Source: Candidatus Limnocylindrales bacterium
GTDB lineage: Bacteria; Chloroflexota; Limnocylindria; Limnocylindrales; CSP1-4
Reading direction: 5' to 3'
DNA length: 32,550 bases
NCBI GenBank assembly: GCA_046714395.1
Contig: JBKKBB010000162.1
Location: 1-32,550, forward strand
Position numbers and translations under genes: made by a program. Below, piece after piece: positions 1 through 9,573 of this stretch. The notes beneath the pieces were generated by a model. The model did not search any database and was not told the origin of the DNA. It saw nothing but the letters and a program-made list of their open reading frames with translations. The number at the start of each line of letters is the position of its first letter. Positions within the stretch are counted from its first letter, which is position 1.

Positions 1-2
1 GG

Positions 3-209
3 CTGGAACGGGGCCGAACCACGATCGCCATCACCCACCGGCTATCCACGATCCTCCGCGCTAACCGCATCCTGGTCTATGACCGCGGCCGGATCGTGGA
101 GCGCGGCACGCACGCGGAGCTGCTGGCCGCCGATGGCCTGTACGCGCGTCTGTATCACGAGCAATTCGAGGGGCCGCGGCAGGCGACGGGATCCGTTATC
201 GCGACCTGA
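3..209 (+). CDS. ABC transporter ATP-binding/permease protein (MsbA/ABCB-like), C-terminal end; 5' part outside window
   Basis: Manual translation of frame 3: [51 protein letters not shown]...; H-loop 'HRLST' and 'GTHxELL...GLYxxLY' tail of ABCB-type exporters; TGA at 207-209. Confidence 0.9.
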   Translation: MERGRTTIAITHRLSTILRANRILVYDRGRIVERGTHAELLAADGLYARLYHEQFEGPRQATGSVIAT

Positions 210-249
210 TAGCGTCGATTCGCGACAGTACGGTGTAGCCTGCACGTAG

Positions 250-850
250 GAGCTCCCGGCGACCCGCTGGTACGCCTACGTCGGCATCCCGACGAGCGGG
301 ATCCAGGCACCGATCGGAACGAGGCTGGCGGTGATCCTGGGAGTGGCCCTGTCGATCGTCGCGCTGTGCACTTGGCTGGCCGGGCGTCTCGCGACTCGGA
401 TGGTCCGTCCGATCCGGACGCTGGCCGCGACGGCATCGGCGGTGGCTGCCGGGCAAATGACCGCGCGGGCCCCCGAAGCCGGCCCGCCGGAGGTGGCGGA
501 GACGGCACGGGCGCTCAATGCAATGCTCGACGTGAACGCGGGCTCGTCGAGGATCTTGGCCAGCACCTCGACGCGCTGGAGCGATCGACCGGGCAGCTCC
601 AGGCGATCGCGTCGGTGACCGAGCTGGCTCTCCTGAACCTGCCGCTCGATGACCTGCTCGGCCAGCTGCTGAAGCGCGTGCGGACCGTCGTGTCGAGTGA
701 CAGCGCGACGGTCCTCCTGATCGAGCCGGAAAGCGGTGAGCTGGTTGTCCGGGCATCGCTCGGGGTAGGCAACGGTCGGCGAAGCCGATCCGGGTTACGG
801 TCGGCCAGGGCTTCGCCGGCCGCATCGCGGCCGAGGGACGTCCGTTCGTC
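250..850 (+). pseudogene. Disrupted 5' part (Cache remnant, TM helix, HAMP, first half of GAF) of the downstream EAL gene
   Basis: Frame of ORF 331-618 gives WYAYVGIP, a TM helix and a HAMP domain (RPIRTLAATASAVAAGQMTARAPEAGPPEVAETARALNAML). It continues in the frame of ORF 366-1013 (LLNLPLDDLLGQLLKRVRTVVSSDSATVLLIEPESGELVVRASLG, GAF start), then in the frame of ORF 851 (IRVTVGQGFAGRIAAEGRP). Two frameshifts near 540 and 763; upstream in-frame TAG at 247-249. Confidence 0.75.
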
Positions 851-2410
851 GTGCAGGACTCGGCGACGGTCGCGTTCGTGGGAACCACCCTGCCGCGTCG
901 GCTGCGCTCTCTGGTCGGCGTTCCTCTTCGCGTGGGCGATCGGACGATCGGCGTCCTCCACGTCGGTACTCGCGCACTCCGGACGTTCGGCGAAAACGAC
1001 ATCCAGTTGCTGACGCTCGTCGCGGAGCGGACCGCGGCTGCGATCGATCGGGTGCGGCAAGCCGAGGAGCTCGCGCAACACGCCGACGAGCTCGAAGCGC
1101 GCGTGGAGACCAGGACGGCTGAACTTTCCGAGCTCAACACCGCGCTTGAATCGGTCGGCGCCACCACGAAGCAGGAGCTTCAGCACGAGATCCAGGAGCG
1201 ATCGAGCGTGGCGGCTTCACTCACACGGATCACGGCCCTGGAGACGCCGGAGGAGACGGCCGACCTCATCTGTGCAGAGATCCGCCAGACCCTTGGCCTG
1301 GCGCTCGTTGGCATCGACTGGTTCCTGAGTGATGCCACGATCATCCTCGCCATCGAGACGCTGGGTGTCGCGCCGTTCGGGCCGGGCGCGCGCATCCCGA
1401 CGGTCCGCGGGGCGTACCTGCGCGAGCGCACAAGTCGAGGCCCGTGGATCGAAGTTCGGACGGACGAGGACCTGAAGGACCCATACCTCCGTTCCTGGTA
1501 TGACGCCGGTTTCGATGTCCGGGCGTTCGTCCCGCTCGTGAGTCGCGGCAAGGCCCACGGATTCCTCGTCGCGGCCTCGGGCAGCCATGTGTCAATCGAG
1601 GAGATGAGCCGCCGGCTGCCGGCACTCATTGAATATGCGGCTCTAGCGTCGGCGGTTCTCGAGCCCGCACTCAGCAGCCGGACCACGACGGCCTCGGACG
1701 TATCGGCCGTGCGCGCCACTATCGCGGCAGGGGCGTTCCAAACGGTCTTCCAGCCGATCGTCGACCTGACGAGCGGCCGCGTGGCAGGGTACGAGGCGCT
1801 GACGCGATTCAACGACCGCATCTCGCCGGCCGTTCACTTCGCGAACGCTCGTGCGGCGGGCGTGGGCGTCGAGTTGGAGTTCGCGACCCTCGCTGCGGCG
1901 GTGCGGGCGGCAGGTGCGCTTCCACGCTCGGCGTTCGCCAGCTTGAACGTTTCCGCGGAACTGCTCTTGACTGCGGTGGATCTGGCGCCGCTGCTGGCCG
2001 GGATCGGCCGGTCGATCGTCCTGGAACTGACGGAGCACGAAGCCGGGATCCAGGCGCCAAGGCTGCTCGAGCAGGTGACGAGACTTGGAGGCGACATTCG
2101 GCTCGCGGTAGACGACACCGGCGCCGGCTACGCCGGGTTGCAGCGGGTGCTCGAACTGCGGCCGCAGTTCGTCAAGCTCGATATTGCGCTGGTTCGCAAT
2201 ATTGATCGCGACCCGGCGCGCGAGGCGCTGATCGCGGGCATGGTCCACTTCGCGCGGGAGACAGGCGCCGCGCTCATCGCGGAGGGTATCGAGGGCGAGG
2301 GTGAACGGCGGATGCTGCGCCGTCTGGGCGTCACCTTCGGCCAGGGCTACCTCCTGGGGCGGCCTGCGCCTGTCGAGACGTGGGCGGCGAGCAAGCCCGA
2401 GGCGAAGTAG
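851..2410 (+). CDS. GAF-GAF-EAL domain c-di-GMP phosphodiesterase (intact 3' part of a frameshifted gene)
   Basis: EAL motifs FQPIVDL, GYEALTRF, SLNVS, LELTE, AVDDTGAGY, VKLD, IAEGIE, GQGYLLGRP; GAF signature VGVPLRVGDRTIGVLHV...FGENDIQLL. Confidence 0.85.
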   Translation: MQDSATVAFVGTTLPRRLRSLVGVPLRVGDRTIGVLHVGTRALRTFGENDIQLLTLVAERTAAAIDRVRQAEELAQHADELEARVETRTAELSELNTALESVGATTKQELQHEIQERSSVAASLTRITALETPEETADLICAEIRQTLGLALVGIDWFLSDATIILAIETLGVAPFGPGARIPTVRGAYLRERTSRGPWIEVRTDEDLKDPYLRSWYDAGFDVRAFVPLVSRGKAHGFLVAASGSHVSIEEMSRRLPALIEYAALASAVLEPALSSRTTTASDVSAVRATIAAGAFQTVFQPIVDLTSGRVAGYEALTRFNDRISPAVHFANARAAGVGVELEFATLAAAVRAAGALPRSAFASLNVSAELLLTAVDLAPLLAGIGRSIVLELTEHEAGIQAPRLLEQVTRLGGDIRLAVDDTGAGYAGLQRVLELRPQFVKLDIALVRNIDRDPAREALIAGMVHFARETGAALIAEGIEGEGERRMLRRLGVTFGQGYLLGRPAPVETWAASKPEAK

Positions 2411-2455
2411 GATTCGATCGGTTCCCGCCCGTCGATACGAGGTCTGCATGCCCCG

Positions 2456-2944
2456 ATGACGACAATCCGCACCGCGACGCTCGTCCACGAGGGCCGCAAC
2501 CGGTTCGCGGCAACGACCGGGACCGGGCGATCGTTCGTGTGGGGTGACAACCCCGCCGCCGCGGAGATGAGCCCGATGGAGACGGTCACCGTGGCGCTGG
2601 CGGCCTGCAGCGCGATGGACGTTGTGTCCATTGCCACAAAGAAACGTCAGCGTTTGACGCGCTATTCCGTGCACGTCCGAGGCGAGCAGCGCGACGAGTA
2701 TCCACAGATCCTCACCCGGGTCGTGGTGACCCACGAGGTCGAAGGGCCCGTGGACGCGGCCGCCATCCGTCGCAGCATCGAGTTGTCCGCGACGAAATAC
2801 TGCCCGGTCAACGCCATGATTTCCGCCGGCGCCACGGAGGTCCATCACCGCTACCTCATTCATGGCACGGGCTCGAAACCGTACGAGGCTGAAGGCGAGG
2901 TCGTGGTCACCGGACCGTACAGAAAGCCCGATCCCGTCGCGTGA
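2456..2944 (+). CDS. OsmC/Ohr (YhfA-like) family protein
   Basis: SPME...ALAACSAMDVVSI and IELSATKYCPVNAMI, the two conserved Cys motifs of the OsmC family. Confidence 0.88.
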   Translation: MTTIRTATLVHEGRNRFAATTGTGRSFVWGDNPAAAEMSPMETVTVALAACSAMDVVSIATKKRQRLTRYSVHVRGEQRDEYPQILTRVVVTHEVEGPVDAAAIRRSIELSATKYCPVNAMISAGATEVHHRYLIHGTGSKPYEAEGEVVVTGPYRKPDPVA

Positions 2945-3296
2945 CGGCGCGGGGCTCGGCCCGGATCGGCTCCGGCGTGGCGGCGCGGGCCGTGGCGTCG
3001 GCGTGGCCCAGGAGGGGCCGAGCGTCCAAAGCGGGGCCGGTGTGTCACCTGAGACACAATCCGGACGTGCGGGCCTTCCTCGGGCTGCCGAACGCCCAGC
3101 TTCGTCGATTGTGTGCCGGTCCGGGCACGGTTTCCACCGCTTCGAGGCCACACATCCGTCAATTCACCCATGAACGGGCGGGTCGTCCGACCCTGGTACC
3201 CCGCGGGCGCGTCGCGGTTGTGTCCGTTAGAGCACAGCTCGGCTCATGTACGGCCGGGGCCCCCCAGGACCAGGATCCGACCTGGGCAGTATCGCG

Positions 3297-3334
3297 AGTG
3301 CATGACTATGCAGATCTGTGTATAGTCATGCGAC
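3297..3334 (+). promoter_or_regulatory. Tandem ARG boxes (ArgR operator) overlapping the argC promoter
   Basis: TGCATGACTATGCA (3299-3312) and TGTATAGTCATGCG (3319-3332), 20-bp period, matching the actinobacterial-type TGCATnnnnATGCA box; extended -10 TGTG-TATAGT (3317-3326) lies in box 2; argR is in the operon. Confidence 0.85.
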
Positions 3335-3335
3335 C

Positions 3336-4457
3336 GTGACGAGGGCCCCGGCCTCTTCAGCCGCTCAGACGCCCGCCGCGTCCCCCGCGATCGGCGCGCC
3401 CGTGCGCGTCGGCGTGATCGGAGCGACCGGGTACGTCGGCGGGGAGTTGATTCGGCTCCTGTCGGGACATCCGTTCGTGCGGTTGGTGGGGCTCACCGGG
3501 CGAGATCGGCAGGGAGATCCGGTCGGGGCCGTCCATCCGCACCTCGCGGACACTGGCCTGACCCTCGATTCCGAGCTGGCCGAGGAGGTGGACGCGGTGT
3601 TCCTGGCCCTACCGCACGGGGCGGCGGCCCTCCGCGTGCCCGCGCTGCTCGAGCAGGGAGTCACGGTCATCGACCAGGGGCCCGACTTCCGGCTCCGGGA
3701 CCGCGGGGACTATCCGCGATGGTACGGCTTCGAGCACGCCCATCCGGAGCTGCTGGGGCGAGCTGTCTACGGGCTGCCGGAGCTGCATCGCGCGGCGCTC
3801 GTCGGCGCCGCCGCAGGGCGAGCGGCCGGGACGGCAGCGCTCGTTGGCTCGCCGGGCTGCTATCCCACCGCGACGCTGCTCGCGCTCGCGCCCCTGGCAC
3901 GCGCCGGGCTCATCGCCGATGTCGTGGTGGACGCCAAGAGCGGCGTCAGCGGGGCGGGGCGCGAAGCGAAGGCGGACATGCTCTTCGCCGAGGTCAACGA
4001 GAGCGTCCGCGCGTATGGCGTGTTCAATCACCGGCATACGGCGGAGATGGAGCAGGAGCTCGGCGCGCTGGCTCGTGGCACGGGCACGGAGGCCGCGCTG
4101 CGCGGGCTCGACTTCCTGCCCCATCTCATCCCGATGACGCGTGGCATCCTGGCGTCCTGCCACGTGCGGACGACGCGTCCGGTGGAACAGGCGGAGCTCG
4201 ACGCTCTGTACCTCACCGCCTACCAGGACGAGCCGTTTGTGAGCGTGGTCGGATCGCCGCCAGCAACGGGCCACGTGCTCGGCAGCAACCACGCGCGCGT
4301 CTTCGTCCGCGCGGACGAGCGGACCGGGCGGATCATCGCGATCGGGGTCATCGACAACCTGGTCAAGGGCGCCGCCGGGCAAGGCGTGCAGGCATTCAAC
4401 CTCGTGTTCGGACTGCCCGAGACAGCCGGCCTCGAAGCACTGCCGCTCGCTCCGTAG
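3336..4457 (+). CDS. argC: N-acetyl-gamma-glutamyl-phosphate reductase
   Basis: GATGYVGGEL, FLALPHG, DFRL, YGLPEL, PGCYPT, DAKSGVSGAG, DNLVKGAAGQ. Start taken at GTG 3336 downstream of the -10 (ORF track start 3318 lies inside the operator). Confidence 0.95.
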   Translation: MTRAPASSAAQTPAASPAIGAPVRVGVIGATGYVGGELIRLLSGHPFVRLVGLTGRDRQGDPVGAVHPHLADTGLTLDSELAEEVDAVFLALPHGAAALRVPALLEQGVTVIDQGPDFRLRDRGDYPRWYGFEHAHPELLGRAVYGLPELHRAALVGAAAGRAAGTAALVGSPGCYPTATLLALAPLARAGLIADVVVDAKSGVSGAGREAKADMLFAEVNESVRAYGVFNHRHTAEMEQELGALARGTGTEAALRGLDFLPHLIPMTRGILASCHVRTTRPVEQAELDALYLTAYQDEPFVSVVGSPPATGHVLGSNHARVFVRADERTGRIIAIGVIDNLVKGAAGQGVQAFNLVFGLPETAGLEALPLAP

Positions 4458-4462
4458 CCGCG

Positions 4463-5815
4463 ATGACCCGCGACGTCGACGTCCGCTTTTCCGTCCCCCC
4501 CGCGCTCCCGGCGGTGGAGCGGCGCGCCCGGATCCCTGCCGGATTCATCGCCGGCGGACGAGCGGCCGGGATCAAGACGAGCGGCCGGCCCGATCTTGCA
4601 CTGATCGTGGTCAGCGGCCAGCCCGCGGCCGCGGCCGCCGTCTTCACCCCGAACGCGTTCGCGGCGGCTCCGGTCCGCCGATCGCAGGCCGTGCTCTCCG
4701 CATCGCGCGGCTGGGTCAGCGCCGTCATCTCGACCAGCGGGTCCGCCAACGCGGCCACGGGCGTCGCCGGCGATGAGGATCAGGCGCGAATCGGGGCACT
4801 GGTGGCCTCCGCGCTGGGCATCGGTGAGAACGCGGTCCTGCATCTTTCCACCGGCGTCATCGGGACGCGGCTGCCGCTCGACAAGGTGGCACTCGGCGTG
4901 GCCGCGCTCGTGCCGATGCTGGCGGCCACGGACGCAGGACTCGAGGCGGCCGCCGTCGCGTTGCGAACCACCGATTCGGTCACCAAGGCGGCCAGCGTGA
5001 CGATCTCGCTGCCGGACGCTACGGGCGTGGCCCATGACGTCCAGGTAACCGGCATCGCCAAGGGCGTCGGGATGATCCATCCGAACATGGCCACGATGCT
5101 GGCGGTGATCCTGACGGACGCGGCGGTCTCCCCGGATCTGCTGTGGTCCATCCTCCGGCCCGTCGCGGCCAGGACCTGGGACCAACTATCCGTGGACGGC
5201 GACACGAGCACCAACGACACGGTCTTCCTCCTCGCCTCGGGGGCAGCTGCGGAGGCGGCCGTCGCGGCCGGCAGCCCCGCCACCGAGGCACTCTCCGACG
5301 CGATCGAGGCCGTGGCCAGGGACCTCGCACGACAGCAGGCCGCCGACGGCGAAGGCGCGACCTGCCTCCTGACCTGTCAGGTCACTGGCGCCAATGACGA
5401 TGCCGACGCCCGGGCCGTCGCACGGGCGGTGATCTCGAGCAGCCTGGTCAAGGCCGCTGCCCACGGCAAGGACCCGAACTGGGGCCGGGTCGCCGGCGCC
5501 GCGGGCAATGCCAGGCTCGCCCACGCGGCCGTCCTCGAGGCCGGGGGCCTCACCCGCGAGGAGGCCCTCGCGCGCTCCGGAGGGCCGGCGGCCCTCGATC
5601 CGGATCGACTCCAAATTGCGATCGCCGGTCATCTCGTGTTCGACGGTGCGGCCGGCGGACCGCAGCCATTCGACCGGGCCGCAGCACGCTCCGCGATGGA
5701 CGCCTCGGAAATCACGATCCGGTTGGACCTCGGTCTCGGCGCCGGTCACGGCGAGGCCTTCGGCTGCGATCTCACCGAGGAATACGTCCGCGAGAACTCG
5801 GAGTACACCACGTGA
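4463..5815 (+). CDS. argJ: Ornithine acetyltransferase / N-acetylglutamate synthase
   Basis: STGVIG, TTD, KGVGMIHPNMATML (autoproteolysis Thr), SVDGDTSTND, DGEGAT, DPNWGR, GCDLT; ATG at 4463 within ORF 3719-5815. Confidence 0.95.
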   Translation: MTRDVDVRFSVPPALPAVERRARIPAGFIAGGRAAGIKTSGRPDLALIVVSGQPAAAAAVFTPNAFAAAPVRRSQAVLSASRGWVSAVISTSGSANAATGVAGDEDQARIGALVASALGIGENAVLHLSTGVIGTRLPLDKVALGVAALVPMLAATDAGLEAAAVALRTTDSVTKAASVTISLPDATGVAHDVQVTGIAKGVGMIHPNMATMLAVILTDAAVSPDLLWSILRPVAARTWDQLSVDGDTSTNDTVFLLASGAAAEAAVAAGSPATEALSDAIEAVARDLARQQAADGEGATCLLTCQVTGANDDADARAVARAVISSSLVKAAAHGKDPNWGRVAGAAGNARLAHAAVLEAGGLTREEALARSGGPAALDPDRLQIAIAGHLVFDGAAGGPQPFDRAAARSAMDASEITIRLDLGLGAGHGEAFGCDLTEEYVRENSEYTT

Positions 5816-5951
5816 GCGGGCGCAACCAGGCCGCCGGTCCGGCGCGGCCAGCGCAAGGCGGAGCCGAGCACGCGAGTGAGCGCACTTCGCGGTGCGTGAG
5901 CGAGCGCGCGCAGGCGACATCGCAGCGATGGCCCGCCGGGGCGGTGGCCCC

Positions 5952-6749
5952 ATGAGTGAGACCGTCGTCGTCAAGCTCGGCGGCACCACGATCGCCGATC
6001 AGGCCCCCGTCCTGTCGGAGGTGGCATTGCTGGCGCGTCGCCGGCCGGTCATCGTCGTCCACGGTGGAGGCAAGCGCCTGACCGAGTGGCTGGAGCGGAT
6101 GGGCGTCGTATCCCAGTTCCGGGGCGGCCTCCGCATCACGGATGCAGCATCGCTGGAAGTGGCGGCGGCCGTGCTCCGCGGTGTCATCAACAGCGAGCTC
6201 GTGGCCGGCCTCCGCGCGCTGGGCGTGGATGCGGTCGGCCTGTCTGGAGTGGACGGAGGCCTGCTGATTGCCGAACGCATCGAGGACCTCGGGTTTGTCG
6301 GTCGCGTGGTCGGCCTCCGCCGCGATCTCCTCGATGCGCTGATGGTCGCTCAGCAGGTACCGGTGGTCGCGCCGCTGGCCCGGGATGAGCACGGAATCGT
6401 GTGCAACGTGAACGCCGACGACGTCGCGGCCGGGATAGCCGCCGGCATCGGCGCCCGACAGCTGGTCCTGATGACCGATGTCGATGGCGTCCGGGACGCC
6501 TCGGGCCGGAAGCTCGACTCGCTGACCGCCGCGGAAGCCGAGCAGCTCATCGAGGATGGGGTCATCGCGGGCGGCATGGTCGCGAAGGTACGCGCCGCGC
6601 TCGGGGCACTCGCCTGGGAGGGCACCGAGGCGATCATCGCGGACGGCACCCTGCCGGACGCCGTATCGCGGGCGCTCGACGATCCGACCTTCGGAACCCG
6701 GCTTTCGGTCGGGCGCTCGTCGGGCAGCTCGAGGCGCGGCGCGGCATGA
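5952..6749 (+). CDS. argB: Acetylglutamate kinase
   Basis: VVVKLGG, VHGGG, GLRIT, NVNADD, MTDVDGV, GGMVAKV; ATG at 5952. Confidence 0.93.
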   Translation: MSETVVVKLGGTTIADQAPVLSEVALLARRRPVIVVHGGGKRLTEWLERMGVVSQFRGGLRITDAASLEVAAAVLRGVINSELVAGLRALGVDAVGLSGVDGGLLIAERIEDLGFVGRVVGLRRDLLDALMVAQQVPVVAPLARDEHGIVCNVNADDVAAGIAAGIGARQLVLMTDVDGVRDASGRKLDSLTAAEAEQLIEDGVIAGGMVAKVRAALGALAWEGTEAIIADGTLPDAVSRALDDPTFGTRLSVGRSSGSSRRGAA

Positions 6750-7273
6750 GGACGGAGTCGTTGGCCGGCTCGATGCCGCTGGCAAAGCGCGATCGACAGC
6801 GCGTCATCCGAGAGATCGTTGCGCGGGAGTCGGTCGCGAACCAGCAGGACCTGGCGGATCGGCTCGCCCGCCGCGGCTTTGCGGTGACGCAGGCCACTGT
6901 GTCGCGAGACATAGCCGAACTGGGTCTGGCCAAGATGTGGCGTGGGGAACGGCACGTCTATGTCCTTGCCGACGATCTCCCCCGCTCCCCCACCGATGCC
7001 GACGAGCGCCTTCGGCGAATGCTGTCCGACATCCCGGTCACGGTTGGCCGGAGCGGGTTGATCCTCGTCCTGACCGGCAGCCCCGGCACGGCCAGCGTCA
7101 TCGCCCAGGCAATCGACGAATCGACGCTCAGCGAACAAGTCGGCACCGTCGCCGGCGACAACACACTCCTGGCGCTCTTCGCGGACGAGGCTGCCCTCGG
7201 GCGGTGGCTGATCCGCTTCATCGAACTGCAGTCACCGGTCGCCACGGGCGCCGGAACGGAGGGATCCCGATGA
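6746..7273 (+). CDS. argR: Arginine repressor
   Basis: RQRVIREIV...NQQDL...GFAVTQATVSRDIAELG (winged HTH) and GTVAGDNT (Arg binding); ATGA overlap with the argB stop. Confidence 0.93.
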   Translation: MRTESLAGSMPLAKRDRQRVIREIVARESVANQQDLADRLARRGFAVTQATVSRDIAELGLAKMWRGERHVYVLADDLPRSPTDADERLRRMLSDIPVTVGRSGLILVLTGSPGTASVIAQAIDESTLSEQVGTVAGDNTLLALFADEAALGRWLIRFIELQSPVATGAGTEGSR

Positions 7274-8556
7274 AGAAGGTCGTGCTCGCCTACTCGGGCG
7301 GTCTCGATACGTCGGTCGCCGTGGCCTGGCTCAAGGAGCAGTACGACGTCGAGGTCGTCACCCTGACGGTCGATGTCGGGGGCGGCTCGCTGCGCGAGGG
7401 TGTCGAACGTCGAGCCATCTCGGCCGGAGCGTCGCGTGCCTATGTCGTCGATGCTCGTGAGCGGTTTGTGACTGACTTCGTCTGGCCGCACCTGCAGGCG
7501 AATGCGCTGTATCAGGGCGCCTACCCGCTCGCGACGGCACTCGCCCGGCCGCTCATCGCCCAGCTCCTCGTGGAGGTCGCCCAGAAGGAGGGCGCCGACG
7601 CGGTTGCCCATGGCTGCACGGGCAAGGGCAACGATCAGGTGCGGTTCGATGTCGCCGTCCACGCCCTTGATCCCGGGCTCAGCGTGGTCGCCCCAATGCG
7701 CGTCGGCATGGGCCTGACCCGAGACCAGGAGATCGACTACGCCGCGGAGCGCGGCATCGAGATCCCGATCACCAAGTCGTCGCCCTATTCGATCGACGTC
7801 AACCTGTGGGGTCGCTCATGCGAGACCGGCATCCTCGAGGATCCGTGGGTCTCGCCGCCGGCCGATGCCTACGAGTGGACCGTCGCACCGTCGGCTGCGC
7901 CGGATCCCGTCGAGGTCACGATCGCCTTCGAGGGCGGCATTCCGGTGTCGCTCGATGGGGGGTTCATGGCGCCGGTCGAACTCGTGGATCGACTGCATGT
8001 CCTGGGCGGCGCGCACGGCATCGGACGCGTCGACCACGTCGAGGATCGCCTCGTCGGGATCAAGAGCCGCGAGATCTACGAGACGCCGGCTGCCACGATC
8101 CTGCACACCGCGCACCGGGCCCTCGAGGGGCTGACGCTGTCCAAGGACACGCTCCGGTTCAACCAGCTTGTGGCCAACGAGCACGCCCAGCTCACCTACG
8201 ACGGGCTGTGGTTCTCGGCGTTGCACCGTGATCTTCGTGGGTACGTGGCGTCATCACAGCGGGTGGTTTCGGGCGAGGTCCGGATGCGCCTTGATCACGG
8301 GTCTGGGGTGATTGCGGGACGTCGGTCGCCGTTGTCCCTGTACGACAAGAGCCTGGCAACCTATGACGAGGGCGATGCCTTCGATCATGCGTCGGCAGTC
8401 GGCTTCATTGAGATCTTCGGGCTGCCGCTGCGGGTTGAGGCGGCGCGACACGGCGCGGTCGGCCAGCACCACGGGGCAGCCTGGGCCTGGACGCCTCCCC
8501 TGCTCGCCGAGCTCCCGACTACCCTGCAGGATCCTGACGGGCCAGTCGCCGGCTAG
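7270..8556 (+). CDS. argG: Argininosuccinate synthase
   Basis: KKVVLAYSGGLDTS, HGCTGKGNDQVRF, YSIDVNLWGRS, EDRLVGIKSREIYE; ATGA overlap with argR. Confidence 0.97.
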   Translation: MKKVVLAYSGGLDTSVAVAWLKEQYDVEVVTLTVDVGGGSLREGVERRAISAGASRAYVVDARERFVTDFVWPHLQANALYQGAYPLATALARPLIAQLLVEVAQKEGADAVAHGCTGKGNDQVRFDVAVHALDPGLSVVAPMRVGMGLTRDQEIDYAAERGIEIPITKSSPYSIDVNLWGRSCETGILEDPWVSPPADAYEWTVAPSAAPDPVEVTIAFEGGIPVSLDGGFMAPVELVDRLHVLGGAHGIGRVDHVEDRLVGIKSREIYETPAATILHTAHRALEGLTLSKDTLRFNQLVANEHAQLTYDGLWFSALHRDLRGYVASSQRVVSGEVRMRLDHGSGVIAGRRSPLSLYDKSLATYDEGDAFDHASAVGFIEIFGLPLRVEAARHGAVGQHHGAAWAWTPPLLAELPTTLQDPDGPVAG

Positions 8557-8675
8557 ACGCGGCGCGGCGCTGGTACGGCGGTCGAGTCACCGGGTTGGCG
8601 CCTGCGCATTATCGGGCCGCGTGGTTTGGTCGCTAGAATTGCACCTCAAATGGGCGAGTTACGCAGGAGACCCTG

Positions 8676-9548
8676 TTGACATTCAAACCGGGCGCCGACC
8701 TTGATCCAGGGCAGGTCCGCGACATCCGCGGCCGAAGAGGATCGACGGGTCTTGCCGTCGGCGGCGGAGGCCTCGGCCTGATCCTCGTGATCGCCTACCT
8801 GGTGCTGGGCGGTGATCCCGCCGCACTCAATGGGCTGACCGACGGTGCAAACGGCGGCGTGGTCGGACCCGGCAACACGACCCTCACGACCGAATGCAAG
8901 ACAGGAGCCGACGCCAACGAGCGGGCCGACTGTCGGATCGTCGGCTACGTGAACAGCGTGCAGGCGTACTGGGGATCCGCGCTTGCGGAAACGAACACCC
9001 CCTACGTCAAGTCCACCACGGTTCTCTTCTCCGGGTCGACCTCCTCGGGATGTGGACTTGCGAGTGGGTCGACGGGGCCGTTCTATTGCCCACGGGACCA
9101 GAACATCTACCTCGATCTCGGGTTCTTCGAGGCACTGCAATCCCGCTTCGGCGCGAAGGGCGGACCGTTCGCCGAGGCCTATGTCGTCGCCCACGAATAT
9201 GGTCATCACGTTCAGGACTTGCTCGGGATTCTGAGCGAGCAGGATGGCGGAACTGGCGCCGACAGTGCATCGGTCAGGATCGAGTTGATGGCCGATTGCT
9301 TCAGCGGGGTGTGGGCCACCCATGCCACCGAGACGGGATTTCTGAAGCCGTTGACATCCACGGACATCAACGAAGCGCTCGATGCTGCGGCCGCCGTGGG
9401 CGACGACCGCATCCAGGAGGCCACCGAGGGCCGCGTCAACCCGGAGGGCTGGACCCACGGGTCGGCAGACCAGCGCCAGACCTGGTTCTCGACGGGCTAC
9501 CGTGCGGGTGCAGCGGACGCCTGCGACACCTTCGCGACGTCCCCGTAG
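8676..9548 (+). CDS. Neutral zinc metallopeptidase, YpfJ-like, membrane anchored
   Basis: N-terminal GGGGLG plus TM helix; GPFYCP, YVVAHEYGHHVQ (HExxH), ELMADC, VGDDRIQ, THGS..QR..WF; TTG start with GGAG RBS and TAGAAT upstream. Confidence 0.9.
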   Translation: MTFKPGADLDPGQVRDIRGRRGSTGLAVGGGGLGLILVIAYLVLGGDPAALNGLTDGANGGVVGPGNTTLTTECKTGADANERADCRIVGYVNSVQAYWGSALAETNTPYVKSTTVLFSGSTSSGCGLASGSTGPFYCPRDQNIYLDLGFFEALQSRFGAKGGPFAEAYVVAHEYGHHVQDLLGILSEQDGGTGADSASVRIELMADCFSGVWATHATETGFLKPLTSTDINEALDAAAAVGDDRIQEATEGRVNPEGWTHGSADQRQTWFSTGYRAGAADACDTFATSP

Positions 9549-9573
9549 TTCCGCCTCCCAGCGAGCCGCGGTT

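Noticed and set aside
535-770. Programmed frameshifting or phase variation in the HAMP-GAF region
   Set aside because: The G runs are only 3-4 nt, no slippery heptamer is visible, and the gene is also 5'-truncated; decay or sequencing error is more parsimonious.
1643-3151. 502-aa minus-strand ORF
   Set aside because: Antisense shadow of the EAL and OsmC genes; Arg/Pro-rich with no motifs, typical of high-GC DNA.
3719-4462. Apparent 250-aa N-terminal extension of ArgJ (and similar extensions of ArgR, ArgG, ArgH, DeoR, GH36 and the ABC ATPase)
   Set aside because: These are out-of-frame overlaps with upstream genes; family homology begins at downstream starts with RBS or stop-start coupling.
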